Part shown: in pieces, positions 46,525 through 55,848 of the stretch
How positions within the stretch are numbered: the first letter of the stretch is position 1
Layout of the letters: each line of letters starts with the position of its first letter
Assembly: GCA_021324815.1 (NCBI GenBank)
Contig: JAJPIJ010000046.1
Span: 64,750 to 128,749 of the forward strand
Direction: 5' to 3'
Origin: Gammaproteobacteria bacterium
GTDB lineage: Bacteria > Pseudomonadota > Gammaproteobacteria > JAJPIJ01
DNA: 64,000 bases
Notes under the pieces: model-generated
Database searches by the model: none
Told to the model about the DNA's origin: nothing
The model's input: only the letters and a program-made list of their open reading frames with translations
Position numbers and translations under genes: made by a program

Positions 46525-49500
46525 TCAAGTTCTCCTGCTCCACTCCTCTGGCGGCTCAATTCCCCATGCCTTCAATCGCGCGGCATTGATGGCCATGCAG
46601 TGCCGCCAAGCTTCTTGGCTCACGTAGCCCCAAAGAGCTTTGCCAACGACCAGATGCTTGGGTTGCGGCACGCTAGTAGGTCCGCCTTTCAACGCGGCGG
46701 CGTGGTCGTGGATCCATGTGTGCAAATTGGCGATGTCAGCGAAAAAGTTCGGGTGACGGCTGTCACTTGCCTTGGGCACGCTCTTGACCGCTTGCTGCCG
46801 CAAGCGGCGCTTTTCCGCTTCGTCTGCGGCCTGCTTAGACTGTTTCATCGCTTCGTCCGCTGTCAGGATTCGGATCTGAATGCGACTCTCCTTGGATTGT
46901 TCGCCGAACTTTCGCTTCTCCCTCTCGCTGACAAAGAACGTGTCCGGCTTGATGTCCTCCACGGGGATGACGGCAGCCTGGGTGGCTGCTTTTTTGCCCC
47001 GTCCGCGTCTTGGCTGGTGACTCGATAACATTTCCGGTTTCCGCTCGGAGCGAAGTCGCGAATGGATGCTCCAAACGCGCGGGTCGGCCACGGCGCGTAA
47101 GCCGAGGTTCACGGCAGCATTGATGTCGGCGTGAATCAGCTTCGGCTCCTTTTGTTGATTTTCCTCAAGCATGACCGGCTCAAATCGAACGATTGGCTCG
47201 CCTTTAGTCCGTCGCTCGTGCCCGGCTAAAAGCCTGCTGATTGGTATGAAGATGCTGCCGCCCGCGTCGGGCGCGAGCAATGTGCGCGCGGGCAAGCCTT
47301 TGGATTTGGCATCGTCATTGGCGCTTTTCACCTGCTCAAAAAAGAGTTCCCACTGCTTGCGTCGTTTTTCCTGTTCCGTCCGTTCCTCTTTCCTTTCCTC
47401 CGGCTTGCAAACGCGCCATCGCCATTTCGGCTCTTGCATTGGATCGCCGGAAAGCTCCGTGGCGCGGAAACCGGCGACGCCGGTTCGCGAGCAGAAGCGC
47501 GACGAGTAGGCGGCGGGTGTCTCGACCAACGGCAAACCAAATGGCTCGCACATCTGCTTGAGCTTGTCGCGGATAGCCCGGTGACACCATTTCATCAGGC
47601 GGCTGTTCTCCCGCGGCGCGCGACCCTGGCTGGTGCGGTAGCGGCTGAGGTCTTCGATGACGATGAAATCAACAATGCCGCACCACTGGTTGCCTTTCTG
47701 GGGAGTGACGGGCTGGCCCTTGATATCCGCCTTCACGTATTCGCCGTGGGTGTCTTTAGCTTGGCGCAATTGGGCCTCGGCGTGGTCTTTCGGCTCGGTC
47801 GGCTTCTCGAGCGTCAAACCGAGCGCCTGCGTCAGAATCATGTGGGCCGTCTGATTCCGGCGCTGCTCCTTGATTTCGTCCAGTTTGCCGAGAATCGTCG
47901 GGCACGGATCGGGAATGCTTTCATCGCGAGAGGCTTTCGGCGCGCAGCCAATGTCGCGCCGCAACATTTGGTTGAGCGACTGGCAGCGTTTCCGCAGTTC
48001 CTCAAATTGCTCGATGCGTTCGATGGAAAGCCCGCGCTGGCCGGCGAGCCACTTTTCCTCCTCTGTCAGCCCGTCGCGTTCATCGGCTGATCGCAGAGTA
48101 AAATCCAGCAGGTGACAATCCGGCCTGTCCGGGTGCTTTCGCCAGACCAGCCGCCCGCGTCGAGAGCGGTAGATACGGTTTGCAATCGTTTCCAACCAGT
48201 CTGGCAGCTTTTCGACCAGCGACTTCAACTGCGTTTTCAACGCCTGCACGATTTCCGGATGCTGCTCCGGTTCTTCTTCCGCTTTGTCCAGCTGCGTGTT
48301 CCTGGCCTTGGCTTTTTCGTGAGCGTCCTTGTTCAACCATTCGTGCGGATCGCTTTCAGCGATTTCCTTAATGGCGATGCGGCGGCGCTTCGCCTGATCC
48401 TCGCGCTTGACCTCATCCTGCGGATCGAGAAACCAAATCCAGCGGTGAAGTTTGCTGGCGAAGGACTGCGCGCGGCGGAGGGCGATGAGCAGCTTCGTAT
48501 TCTGATCCGGGAACGAGACCCGTTCTGACAGTGTCGCTGCATCCCTGATGCTGTCATCCAGCAATTCGAGTTGGTGGAACTCCTTGAGCAAATCCAATGT
48601 CTGCTGGCTCTCGGCCTTCGTTGCGTTTCGACCGGCGGACCCGGAAAGCTCCCGGCGGAAATCCTCGCTGCCGGGCACGGGTTTTCCGTCCTTGAAGTCC
48701 GGGCGATAGACCTTGGCATCTTCGCCGGGCAATCGTAGCAAGCCGGTCGTGAGCACCCGCGCATACCAGTCGCGGCGTTCTCCATTGTGCTCGGTTCTGC
48801 CGATGAAGCGCGCGTTCTTCCGCTCGTCGTCCGACAGGCAGCAACTCACTTCGATGATGGCGTAAGCGCCGGCCTGTTTCTGCCCAAGGTCAACCGAGAG
48901 AAGACGGAATGATTTGAGGTCAGGATCGGCGAACCACTGGCGGGGGAATTCCTTATTCCCTTGCACTTTCGACCAGTCTTCGTGAGGCCACCGCAGCGTC
49001 GAATCGTGGTCGTCGCCGTTCCAGTTGAACTGCATCGCCCACGGCCATTTCTCGCGTCCCATTTCCTCCCGCACATGAGCGATGAACCTGTCCTCCTTCG
49101 GCGTGAGTACGAAGTTCAGCAGCAGTCGGTCGGGTTGGTCATTGCGGCTGCCCGGCTTCCAGTCTGGCATCAGCGAAACGGCGTGCTTCTTGAAGTCGTG
49201 CAAATCGTCGTCGGGAATTCCGAGCGCCCGCATCAGCGGCTGCGCCCAGTTCGCGGACTGCAAATCCTCGTTCTCAGACAGCGCGCGCGCCTCATCCCGC
49301 AAGAGCCGCGGCGCGGTGTAGTGAATGCGAACCTCCGCCGGGCGATAGAGCACACCAGCGTTGTCGCCGCACTTCACGGCAATTTGCGTGGTGAAGGAAA
49401 GGCCGTCGGGGCTGGCCTCGTGCGCGAAGCCGCCTTGCGACGCGCCTTTGAAATCGAACAATCGGCGTGAATCGCGCGCGTCCGCGGGGGTGTATTGCAC

Positions 49501-51600
49501 GGGCCGCTTCTTCTTCTCCAAGTCCTCCAGCACGTCACAATACCGGAGGTAGTCGCGGACGATGTTTGTGGAATAGAGGTTTTTTACCCGCTCCTTCTCC
49601 TCGTCAGGAGTGGGCGCTTGCCAGACACACCAGTTGTCCTTCTTGACCAGTTCCTCGAACAGGCGACTGTCGCCCATATCATCGCGGTGTTGGCGCTGGT
49701 AGGCGGCGATGCAATGCTTCAGCTTTGTTTCCTTTCCCGCCGAATATGTCTCGCCCGGCGCGACCACTTTGTTCCATTCCTCGCGCAGTTCTTCGTAGCC
49801 GCGCAGAGCTGCTTGGCTGATGCCGTAGCGATAGATGGTCTTCGGGTCTGCCCCATCGGCTACGCCGAGCGATTCGTGAATCCGCCGCATCGCGGCGAAG
49901 CGCGGGTCGCCGCCGGTCTCGCTAAAGCCGCCGGGAATGAAATCCTCCTCCTCGCCATCATCGGCTTTGCCTTTCTCGCGGGCTTTGCCTTTCTCGCGGC
50001 CTTTGCCCTCGTAGAGTTTCTTAAGTTCCTCGAGTTTTTTCGCCTCATTGTCCCGCTCCTTCTGCTTTTGCCGGATTTGGTGCGGTGACTTGATCGCTTC
50101 CTCGTAGGCGGCATAGTCGAACTTCGTCCAGCCGAAGTAGCCAGGTTTGCAAGCGCCGCTTGGTTCAGCCGGGTCGCCTTCCTGCGCGAGAAATCCGCAC
50201 ATCGCTGTGAAGCTGGGGAAGATGTAGCCGAGCTTACGTTTGAGCCGGGGGATAAAATCTGTCCTAGCAACGGATGTGACCGTGGGTTGGTTGCCTGATT
50301 TGGCTGCGGCTTTGCGGGCTTTCTCCACTTTTTCAGCGGGTTCTTGGCCGTCGTCGCTTCCGCAGAGATCAAACTTGTCAACGAACTCAACATAACGGCG
50401 CTTGTCATTCTTGAGCAGCCAACCCGCGTAACGGTCCTTCAATCTGGCCTTGAGCAGGGTCGCTGTGAACTCCGAGCCGCCGTCAAAATGGAACAGCACA
50501 AATAATTCGACACGAACATTGTCTTTGCCCGGCCCGCTCCGCTTCCAGTTTTGGATGCGAAAAGTGCTCGCGGATTCGGGATTTTCCTTCCGGCGTTGTT
50601 CTTCGTCGTGTCGCTTGGCTTGAATCAGCTCCTGCAGCCGCTTCAGTTCTTTGGTTACGTCAATATTGCTCCCACCAAATCGCTCGAACACAAAACAAAA
50701 CGTCTTGTCCTTCAGCATTTTTTTCGCGGTGTTCAAACATTGCTCAAGCTGATTGATTGCGTCCTCGCCAACGAGATAGCCCGTGTCGTCGCTGTCTCCG
50801 GCCGCCTCGGCGGCCTCTTGTTCGCTGTTGGCTTCCGGCGCGTCGCCATTCTCACCTGAGGGCTCTCCGGCTTCTTCGCCCGCTTCTACACCGCTCAAAC
50901 AACTGTCTTTGACCGATCGCGCTGATAATTGTCTGAGCGCCGCTGCGTCCGCTTGGAACAAGGCATCCATGAAATCGTAGATGCCCTGTTGGTTGCGGTA
51001 AGTTTTTTCGGCGGGAGGTTCGCCGCCCTTGTGTTTCCAGCAGAGCCAGCCAGGGTCTTCGTTCGCCAGCTTTTGGGGCGTGCCCCGGCTTTTCTCCGGG
51101 AACAGTTCGCCGATGACGCCGCGAAAAACATCGTGGAGCTTCCCGTCCGCCCGCTTTGGAAACTTCGCAAAGGCGTGGCCGAAAATGCGATCAATGCACT
51201 GTTCCCGCGTGATGGATTTCGCGTCCAACCCAAGGGTGCGCGCCAGCGAGTGCTTCAATCCCGCTCGTTTGCCGCCTTTGTGAACGAAGTCGTCCCACCG
51301 CCCCTCGATGCAGCCGTCAGCGGTCTTGGGCTTGCCGTTCCCGAACAACTGCTCGGCAAACTGGGCCATCGGTGTCGGTTTTTCCTTTCCGTCCTTATCT
51401 TTCTCAACCATCCCGTCCGCCATCGCCGCGAGCGCGAAGGCGTAGTAGTTCACCGCATCCTGAAACAGCGCGTGATGCTCCCACAGCATTTGCTCGCCGA
51501 GTTTGCGCGCGGCTTTCGGATCGTCGGCGAGCGATTTGAATCCGCCGTGACCGTCTGCAATTTCGACTGCGCTGACGCGGCCTTGGTAGATGCGGTTCAT
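46525..51600 (-). CDS. cas12b: type V-B CRISPR effector Cas12b (C2c1)-like, 1691 aa
   Basis: RuvC-I SVDLG (D904), RuvC-II IVIEDL (E1316), RuvC-III HADINAA (D1492); N-terminus NRIYQGRV..LW.HH.LFQ.A.NYY and ETPAAYSSRF as in Opitutaceae-type C2c1; linked cas4/1, cas2, tracr and array. Confidence 0.92.
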   Translation of the reverse strand: MNRIYQGRVSAVEIADGHGGFKSLADDPKAARKLGEQMLWEHHALFQDAVNYYAFALAAMADGMVEKDKDGKEKPTPMAQFAEQLFGNGKPKTADGCIEGRWDDFVHKGGKRAGLKHSLARTLGLDAKSITREQCIDRIFGHAFAKFPKRADGKLHDVFRGVIGELFPEKSRGTPQKLANEDPGWLCWKHKGGEPPAEKTYRNQQGIYDFMDALFQADAAALRQLSARSVKDSCLSGVEAGEEAGEPSGENGDAPEANSEQEAAEAAGDSDDTGYLVGEDAINQLEQCLNTAKKMLKDKTFCFVFERFGGSNIDVTKELKRLQELIQAKRHDEEQRRKENPESASTFRIQNWKRSGPGKDNVRVELFVLFHFDGGSEFTATLLKARLKDRYAGWLLKNDKRRYVEFVDKFDLCGSDDGQEPAEKVEKARKAAAKSGNQPTVTSVARTDFIPRLKRKLGYIFPSFTAMCGFLAQEGDPAEPSGACKPGYFGWTKFDYAAYEEAIKSPHQIRQKQKERDNEAKKLEELKKLYEGKGREKGKAREKGKADDGEEEDFIPGGFSETGGDPRFAAMRRIHESLGVADGADPKTIYRYGISQAALRGYEELREEWNKVVAPGETYSAGKETKLKHCIAAYQRQHRDDMGDSRLFEELVKKDNWCVWQAPTPDEEKERVKNLYSTNIVRDYLRYCDVLEDLEKKKRPVQYTPADARDSRRLFDFKGASQGGFAHEASPDGLSFTTQIAVKCGDNAGVLYRPAEVRIHYTAPRLLRDEARALSENEDLQSANWAQPLMRALGIPDDDLHDFKKHAVSLMPDWKPGSRNDQPDRLLLNFVLTPKEDRFIAHVREEMGREKWPWAMQFNWNGDDHDSTLRWPHEDWSKVQGNKEFPRQWFADPDLKSFRLLSVDLGQKQAGAYAIIEVSCCLSDDERKNARFIGRTEHNGERRDWYARVLTTGLLRLPGEDAKVYRPDFKDGKPVPGSEDFRRELSGSAGRNATKAESQQTLDLLKEFHQLELLDDSIRDAATLSERVSFPDQNTKLLIALRRAQSFASKLHRWIWFLDPQDEVKREDQAKRRRIAIKEIAESDPHEWLNKDAHEKAKARNTQLDKAEEEPEQHPEIVQALKTQLKSLVEKLPDWLETIANRIYRSRRGRLVWRKHPDRPDCHLLDFTLRSADERDGLTEEEKWLAGQRGLSIERIEQFEELRKRCQSLNQMLRRDIGCAPKASRDESIPDPCPTILGKLDEIKEQRRNQTAHMILTQALGLTLEKPTEPKDHAEAQLRQAKDTHGEYVKADIKGQPVTPQKGNQWCGIVDFIVIEDLSRYRTSQGRAPRENSRLMKWCHRAIRDKLKQMCEPFGLPLVETPAAYSSRFCSRTGVAGFRATELSGDPMQEPKWRWRVCKPEERKEERTEQEKRRKQWELFFEQVKSANDDAKSKGLPARTLLAPDAGGSIFIPISRLLAGHERRTKGEPIVRFEPVMLEENQQKEPKLIHADINAAVNLGLRAVADPRVWSIHSRLRSERKPEMLSSHQPRRGRGKKAATQAAVIPVEDIKPDTFFVSEREKRKFGEQSKESRIQIRILTADEAMKQSKQAADEAEKRRLRQQAVKSVPKASDSRHPNFFADIANLHTWIHDHAAALKGGPTSVPQPKHLVVGKALWGYVSQEAWRHCMAINAARLKAWGIEPPEEWSRRT

Positions 51601-51672
51601 GTGCCCCCCGTTTATGGAAACGGTTAACTCAGAACTCTAGTGACAGAATTACCCCCTGGTGGGGGTGCGTTT

Positions 51673-51717
51673 TGATTAAAGCATAGTACAAGCTACGTAC
51701 GCAGAAAATGCTCATGC
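51673..51717. repeat. right diverged direct repeat bounding the CRISPR-Cas island
   Basis: TGATTAAAGCATAGTACAA-N17-TGCTCATGC. Confidence 0.7.
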
Positions 51718-51861
51718 AGCATGTTTGGCGGGGGAGGGAGGGGCACAGCGCGGCAAAAGGCGCGGCGAAATGCGCCACGTGCCTCAACGCAGGGTGGTTG
51801 AGGGGGACAAATCGACAACCAGATGCTGACGGCCCCGACGCGGGGCCATGGCGTCAGACTG

Positions 51862-53538
51862 TCAAAACAAGCCGACGATGTTGCCGTGCTCGTCGATGTC
51901 GATCTTTTCGGCGGCCGGCACCTTGGGCAGGCCGGGCATGGTCATCAAGTCGCCGCAGATGGCGACCACGAAACCGGCGCCGTTCGACAGCCGCACTTCG
52001 CGCACGTTCAGCGTGTGGCCAGTGGGGGCGCCACGCACGCTGGGATCGGCGGTGAATGACATTTGCGTCTTGGCCATGCAGATCGGGAAGTGGCCGTAAT
52101 CCTTGTTCCATTCGTCGAGCTGTTTTTTCACCGCATCGGCGAAGGTCACCTGGCCGGCGCCGTAGATCTTGGTGGCGATGGTCTTGATCTTCTCGGTCAG
52201 CGGCAGGTGATCCTCATAGACGTAGGTGTGCTTTTTCTTCGATTTCTCGATGACATCGATCACCGCATGCGCCAGATCCTCCGCGCCGGCGCCGCCGTGC
52301 GCCCAGTGCCTGGCCACGACAAACCGGCCGCCCAGCGATTCGATCTTGTCCTTGAGCAGCTTGATCTCGGCGTCGGTGTCGAAGGTGAAATGATTCACCG
52401 ACACGACGCACGGCAGGCCGTAGTGATCGCGGATGTTGGTCAGGTGTTTTTCGATGTTGACCATGCCCCTGGCGAGCGCGTCCAGGTTCTCCTTGTTGAG
52501 TTCCTCCTTCCTGACGCCGCCATGGAACTTGAGCGCGCGGATGGTGGCGACCAGCACTACCGCCGAGGGATTCAAGCCGGCCATGCGGCATTTGATGTCG
52601 ATGAATTTCTCCGCGCCCAGGTCGGCGCCGAAACCGGCCTCGGTGACGCAGTAATCGGCGAGCTTGAGCGCGGTGCGCGTGGCGGTGACGCTGTTGCAGC
52701 CGTGGGCGATGTTGGCGAACGGCCCGCCGTGGATGAACGCGGGGTTGTTCTCCAGCGTCTGCACCAGGTTCGGCTTGATGGCGTCCTTGAGCAGGACGGC
52801 CATGGCGCCGTGGGCCTTGAGGTCGCGCGCGTAGACCGGCCGCCGGTCGACCTGGGTGTAGCCGATGACGATGCGGCCGAGGCGCTCCTTCAAGTCCTTG
52901 AGCGAGGTGGCCAGACACAGGATGGCCATGATCTCGGAGGCCACCACGATGTCGTAGCCGTCCTCGCGCGCGAATCCGTTGGCGGTGCCGCCCAGGCCGA
53001 TGACGATCTTGCGCAGCGCGCGGTCGTTCATGTCCACGACCCGCTTCCACTGGATGAGCCGCGGGTCGATGCGGAGTTCATTGCCGTGGTTGATGTGGTT
53101 GTCGATCATCGCGGCCAGCAGGTTGTGCGCGGCGCCGATGGCGTGAAAGTCGCCGGTGAAGTGCAGGTTGATGTCCTCCATCGGCACCACCTGGGCATGG
53201 CCGCCCCCGGCGGCGCCGCCCTTGACCCCGAAGACGGGGCCGAGCGAGGGCTCGCGCAAACAGATGATGGCCTTTTTGCCGATCCTGTTGAGGGCATCGC
53301 CCAGACCCACGGTGGTGGTGGTTTTGCCCTCGCCGGCGGGCGTCGGGCTGATGGCGGTGACCAGGATGAGCTTGCCGTCCGGCCGCTTCTCTATTTCCCG
53401 CAGGTAATCGAGCGAGAGCTTGGCCTTGTAGTGGCCGTAGGGCTCGAGATATTTGCTGTCGATGCCGAGTTTTGTTTTTGCCAGTTCGATGATGGGTTTC
53501 ATCGTTGCCTTTTGGGCAATTTCGATGTCCGACTTCAT
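51862..53538 (-). CDS. fhs: formate--tetrahydrofolate ligase
   Basis: [58 protein letters not shown]. Confidence 0.97.
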   Translation of the reverse strand: MKSDIEIAQKATMKPIIELAKTKLGIDSKYLEPYGHYKAKLSLDYLREIEKRPDGKLILVTAISPTPAGEGKTTTTVGLGDALNRIGKKAIICLREPSLGPVFGVKGGAAGGGHAQVVPMEDINLHFTGDFHAIGAAHNLLAAMIDNHINHGNELRIDPRLIQWKRVVDMNDRALRKIVIGLGGTANGFAREDGYDIVVASEIMAILCLATSLKDLKERLGRIVIGYTQVDRRPVYARDLKAHGAMAVLLKDAIKPNLVQTLENNPAFIHGGPFANIAHGCNSVTATRTALKLADYCVTEAGFGADLGAEKFIDIKCRMAGLNPSAVVLVATIRALKFHGGVRKEELNKENLDALARGMVNIEKHLTNIRDHYGLPCVVSVNHFTFDTDAEIKLLKDKIESLGGRFVVARHWAHGGAGAEDLAHAVIDVIEKSKKKHTYVYEDHLPLTEKIKTIATKIYGAGQVTFADAVKKQLDEWNKDYGHFPICMAKTQMSFTADPSVRGAPTGHTLNVREVRLSNGAGFVVAICGDLMTMPGLPKVPAAEKIDIDEHGNIVGLF

Positions 53539-53781
53539 GGAAACTCCTCGCTTTTCATGTTGTTGTAGGTTCTATTTCTCCCCGGCAGGCGCCGGGGGCA
53601 CGCTCAACCCCCACGGTGGAGAACCGTGTTACATGGCAGGGGGCGGGCGGGTAGTCTACCCGGATCATCGCCGGGCGGAAACTCCACCGCCCGGTCGGGT
53701 CGATTAAGGTCCGGTACAGTCCGCATCAGCCGCCCGGCGCGCGGCCTCAAATATGGGGAATGAAACCGTTATACTAGGTCC

Positions 53782-54762
53782 ATGAGCGAGGAAGGGCTGA
53801 TGATTGAAGAAGAAGATTTGACCGTCCGCGCACCGGAACGCACCGATGTCCAGATGGCGGTATTATTCGCGGATCTGGCCGGCAGCACCCGCATGTACGA
53901 GCTGCTCGGAGACGCCCAGGCCAAGTTCATCATCACCGATTCGCTCGGCAAATTGACGCAGGTGGTGAAGGAATTTGACGGCCGGGTGGTCAAGACCATC
54001 GGCGATGAATTGATGTGCGTGTTCAAGACCGCGCACGAGGCGGTCCTGGCCGGACGACAGATGATCAAGGTGGCCTCCGATCTGGAGGTGCCGCAGACGG
54101 CCGACGCCACGGGCCTGCTGCACCTGCGGGTGGGGGCGCACTACGGCCCGGTCATCGAGGAGCGCAACGATATTTTCGGCGACACCGTCAACGTGGCCTC
54201 GCGGCTGGTGTCGCTGGCCAAATCCAACAGCTTCATGGCCAGCGAAACCATCGCCAAGGCGCTGCCCGAGGCCTTTCGCTATCTGGTCTCCTTTTATGAC
54301 ACCGTGGTGATACGCGGCAAGACGCGGCCCCTGGACGTGTTTGAAATCCTGACCGACGCCGTCAAGAGCGACGAAACGGCCAGTTTCGCCAGGACCACGG
54401 AGATCACCCATGGCCCGCTGGCCAAGGCCAGGCTCAAGCTCAAGGTGCGCAGCTCCAACCAGACGCTGGAGGTCTCCAAGCAGAAGCCCACGGTCACCAT
54501 CGGCCGGGGGCGCAACAACGACATCGTCCTGGATCACAACATGGTGTCGCGGGAGCACGCGCGCATCGATTACAAACATGGCTCGTTTTACGTGTCCGAC
54601 TTCAGCAGCAACGGCACCTACATCGAGCTGCAGGGCGGCACCCGCACGCTGCTCAAGAAGTCCGACTGCAACCTCGCCATGAACGGGGTCATGTATTTCG
54701 GCGAGGAGCCCAGCCGTAAGGCCAAGACGGCGCTGGAGTTCGTGCTGACCGGCGCGTCGTGA
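53782..54762 (+). CDS. class III adenylate/guanylate cyclase with C-terminal FHA domain
   Basis: FADLAGST, KTIGDE, DIFGDTVNVASRL; FHA motifs IGR, VSREHA, D.SSNGT. Confidence 0.9.
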   Translation: MSEEGLMIEEEDLTVRAPERTDVQMAVLFADLAGSTRMYELLGDAQAKFIITDSLGKLTQVVKEFDGRVVKTIGDELMCVFKTAHEAVLAGRQMIKVASDLEVPQTADATGLLHLRVGAHYGPVIEERNDIFGDTVNVASRLVSLAKSNSFMASETIAKALPEAFRYLVSFYDTVVIRGKTRPLDVFEILTDAVKSDETASFARTTEITHGPLAKARLKLKVRSSNQTLEVSKQKPTVTIGRGRNNDIVLDHNMVSREHARIDYKHGSFYVSDFSSNGTYIELQGGTRTLLKKSDCNLAMNGVMYFGEEPSRKAKTALEFVLTGAS

Positions 54763-54768
54763 TCGCGG

Positions 54769-55665
54769 CTAGTCCGCCTCGGGGGGCAGGGGCGGCCGCT
54801 TCGTCACCAGCATGCCGGCAGTGCCGATGAGCACCGCCCCGGCCGCGGACAGCCAGTCCGGACGTTCCCCCCACAGCAGCCAGCCAATCAGGGCCGCGAA
54901 CACCACCGTCGAATAATTCAGGGTGCCCACCCGGGCCGCGGGCGCGGTCGAATAACTGTAGGTGAGCAGCAACTGGCCGGCGCTGGCCATCATGCCCGCG
55001 GCGGCCATCATGCCCAGCACGCGCAGGCTGGGCGTGCGCCAGGCCCATAACAGCGGCACGGCGGAGGTGGCCACGCTGATGAGGCTGAAATAAAACACGA
55101 TGCGGAAAATGGGCTCGGTGTCGGCCATGCGGCGGATGTTGGCCATGGCCAGCGCCGCCAGCACCGCCGATATCGCCCCCACCCAGGCCGCCCCCGACCA
55201 CGGCACGCCGCCGGGCTTGAGGATCAACCCCACGCCCAGCAGGCCCAGCCCGACGGCGACGAAGGTCTTGATCGAGGCCCGCTCGCCGAGCCAGGCCCAG
55301 GCGATGAGGGCGGTGAAGACCGGCGAACTGTAGTTCAGCAGCACGGCCTCCGCCAGCGGCATGTGGCCGATGGCGTAAAAGAAGCAGTACATGGCAAAGA
55401 GCCCGAACCAGGAGCGGGCGAGGTGGCCGCCGAACCGCCGCGTGGCCAGCACGCCGGCGCCCCGGCGCCACAGGCCGGGCAGGAGAAACAGCAGCCCGAA
55501 GCTGCTGCGCAGGAACACCACCATTTCGTTGCCGGTGAGCGGCGCGGTGAGCTTGATGAGGGCGCTCATGGCCGCCATCGCCAGCGAGGCGCCAAGGGCG
55601 GCGTAAACGCTTCTGGCCGCCGGACTGGCGGCCGAGAAGTGTGCATGCAGGGTCCGGGGTGTCAC
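54769..55665 (-). CDS. DMT/EamA family transporter
   Basis: About ten TM segments, LNYSSP.F, LGE, ILKPG, LLWGE; GTG start approximate. Confidence 0.85.
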   Translation of the reverse strand: MTPRTLHAHFSAASPAARSVYAALGASLAMAAMSALIKLTAPLTGNEMVVFLRSSFGLLFLLPGLWRRGAGVLATRRFGGHLARSWFGLFAMYCFFYAIGHMPLAEAVLLNYSSPVFTALIAWAWLGERASIKTFVAVGLGLLGVGLILKPGGVPWSGAAWVGAISAVLAALAMANIRRMADTEPIFRIVFYFSLISVATSAVPLLWAWRTPSLRVLGMMAAAGMMASAGQLLLTYSYSTAPAARVGTLNYSTVVFAALIGWLLWGERPDWLSAAGAVLIGTAGMLVTKRPPLPPEAD

Positions 55666-55848
55666 GTTACCGGGGCTTGGAAAAGGCGCGGATTGTACAG
55701 CGACCGTCCGCCGGTGACGAACGCGCCTTGCGGTGATTGAGAAAAACGGCGGCTTCTGGTAGCTTCGCCCCCCGATGGCAACCGGCTGCGCCGCAGGGTT
55801 TGTTCCCCGTCCGCTGCCTGCCCTTCGAGGCGGGAGGGTGTTGAACCC

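Noticed and set aside
46525-51600. CRISPR-associated transposon (Cas12k) or TnpB interpretation
   Set aside because: The RuvC acidic residues are intact, the protein is far too large, cas1/cas2/cas4 are present and no tnsB/tnsC/tniQ is seen.
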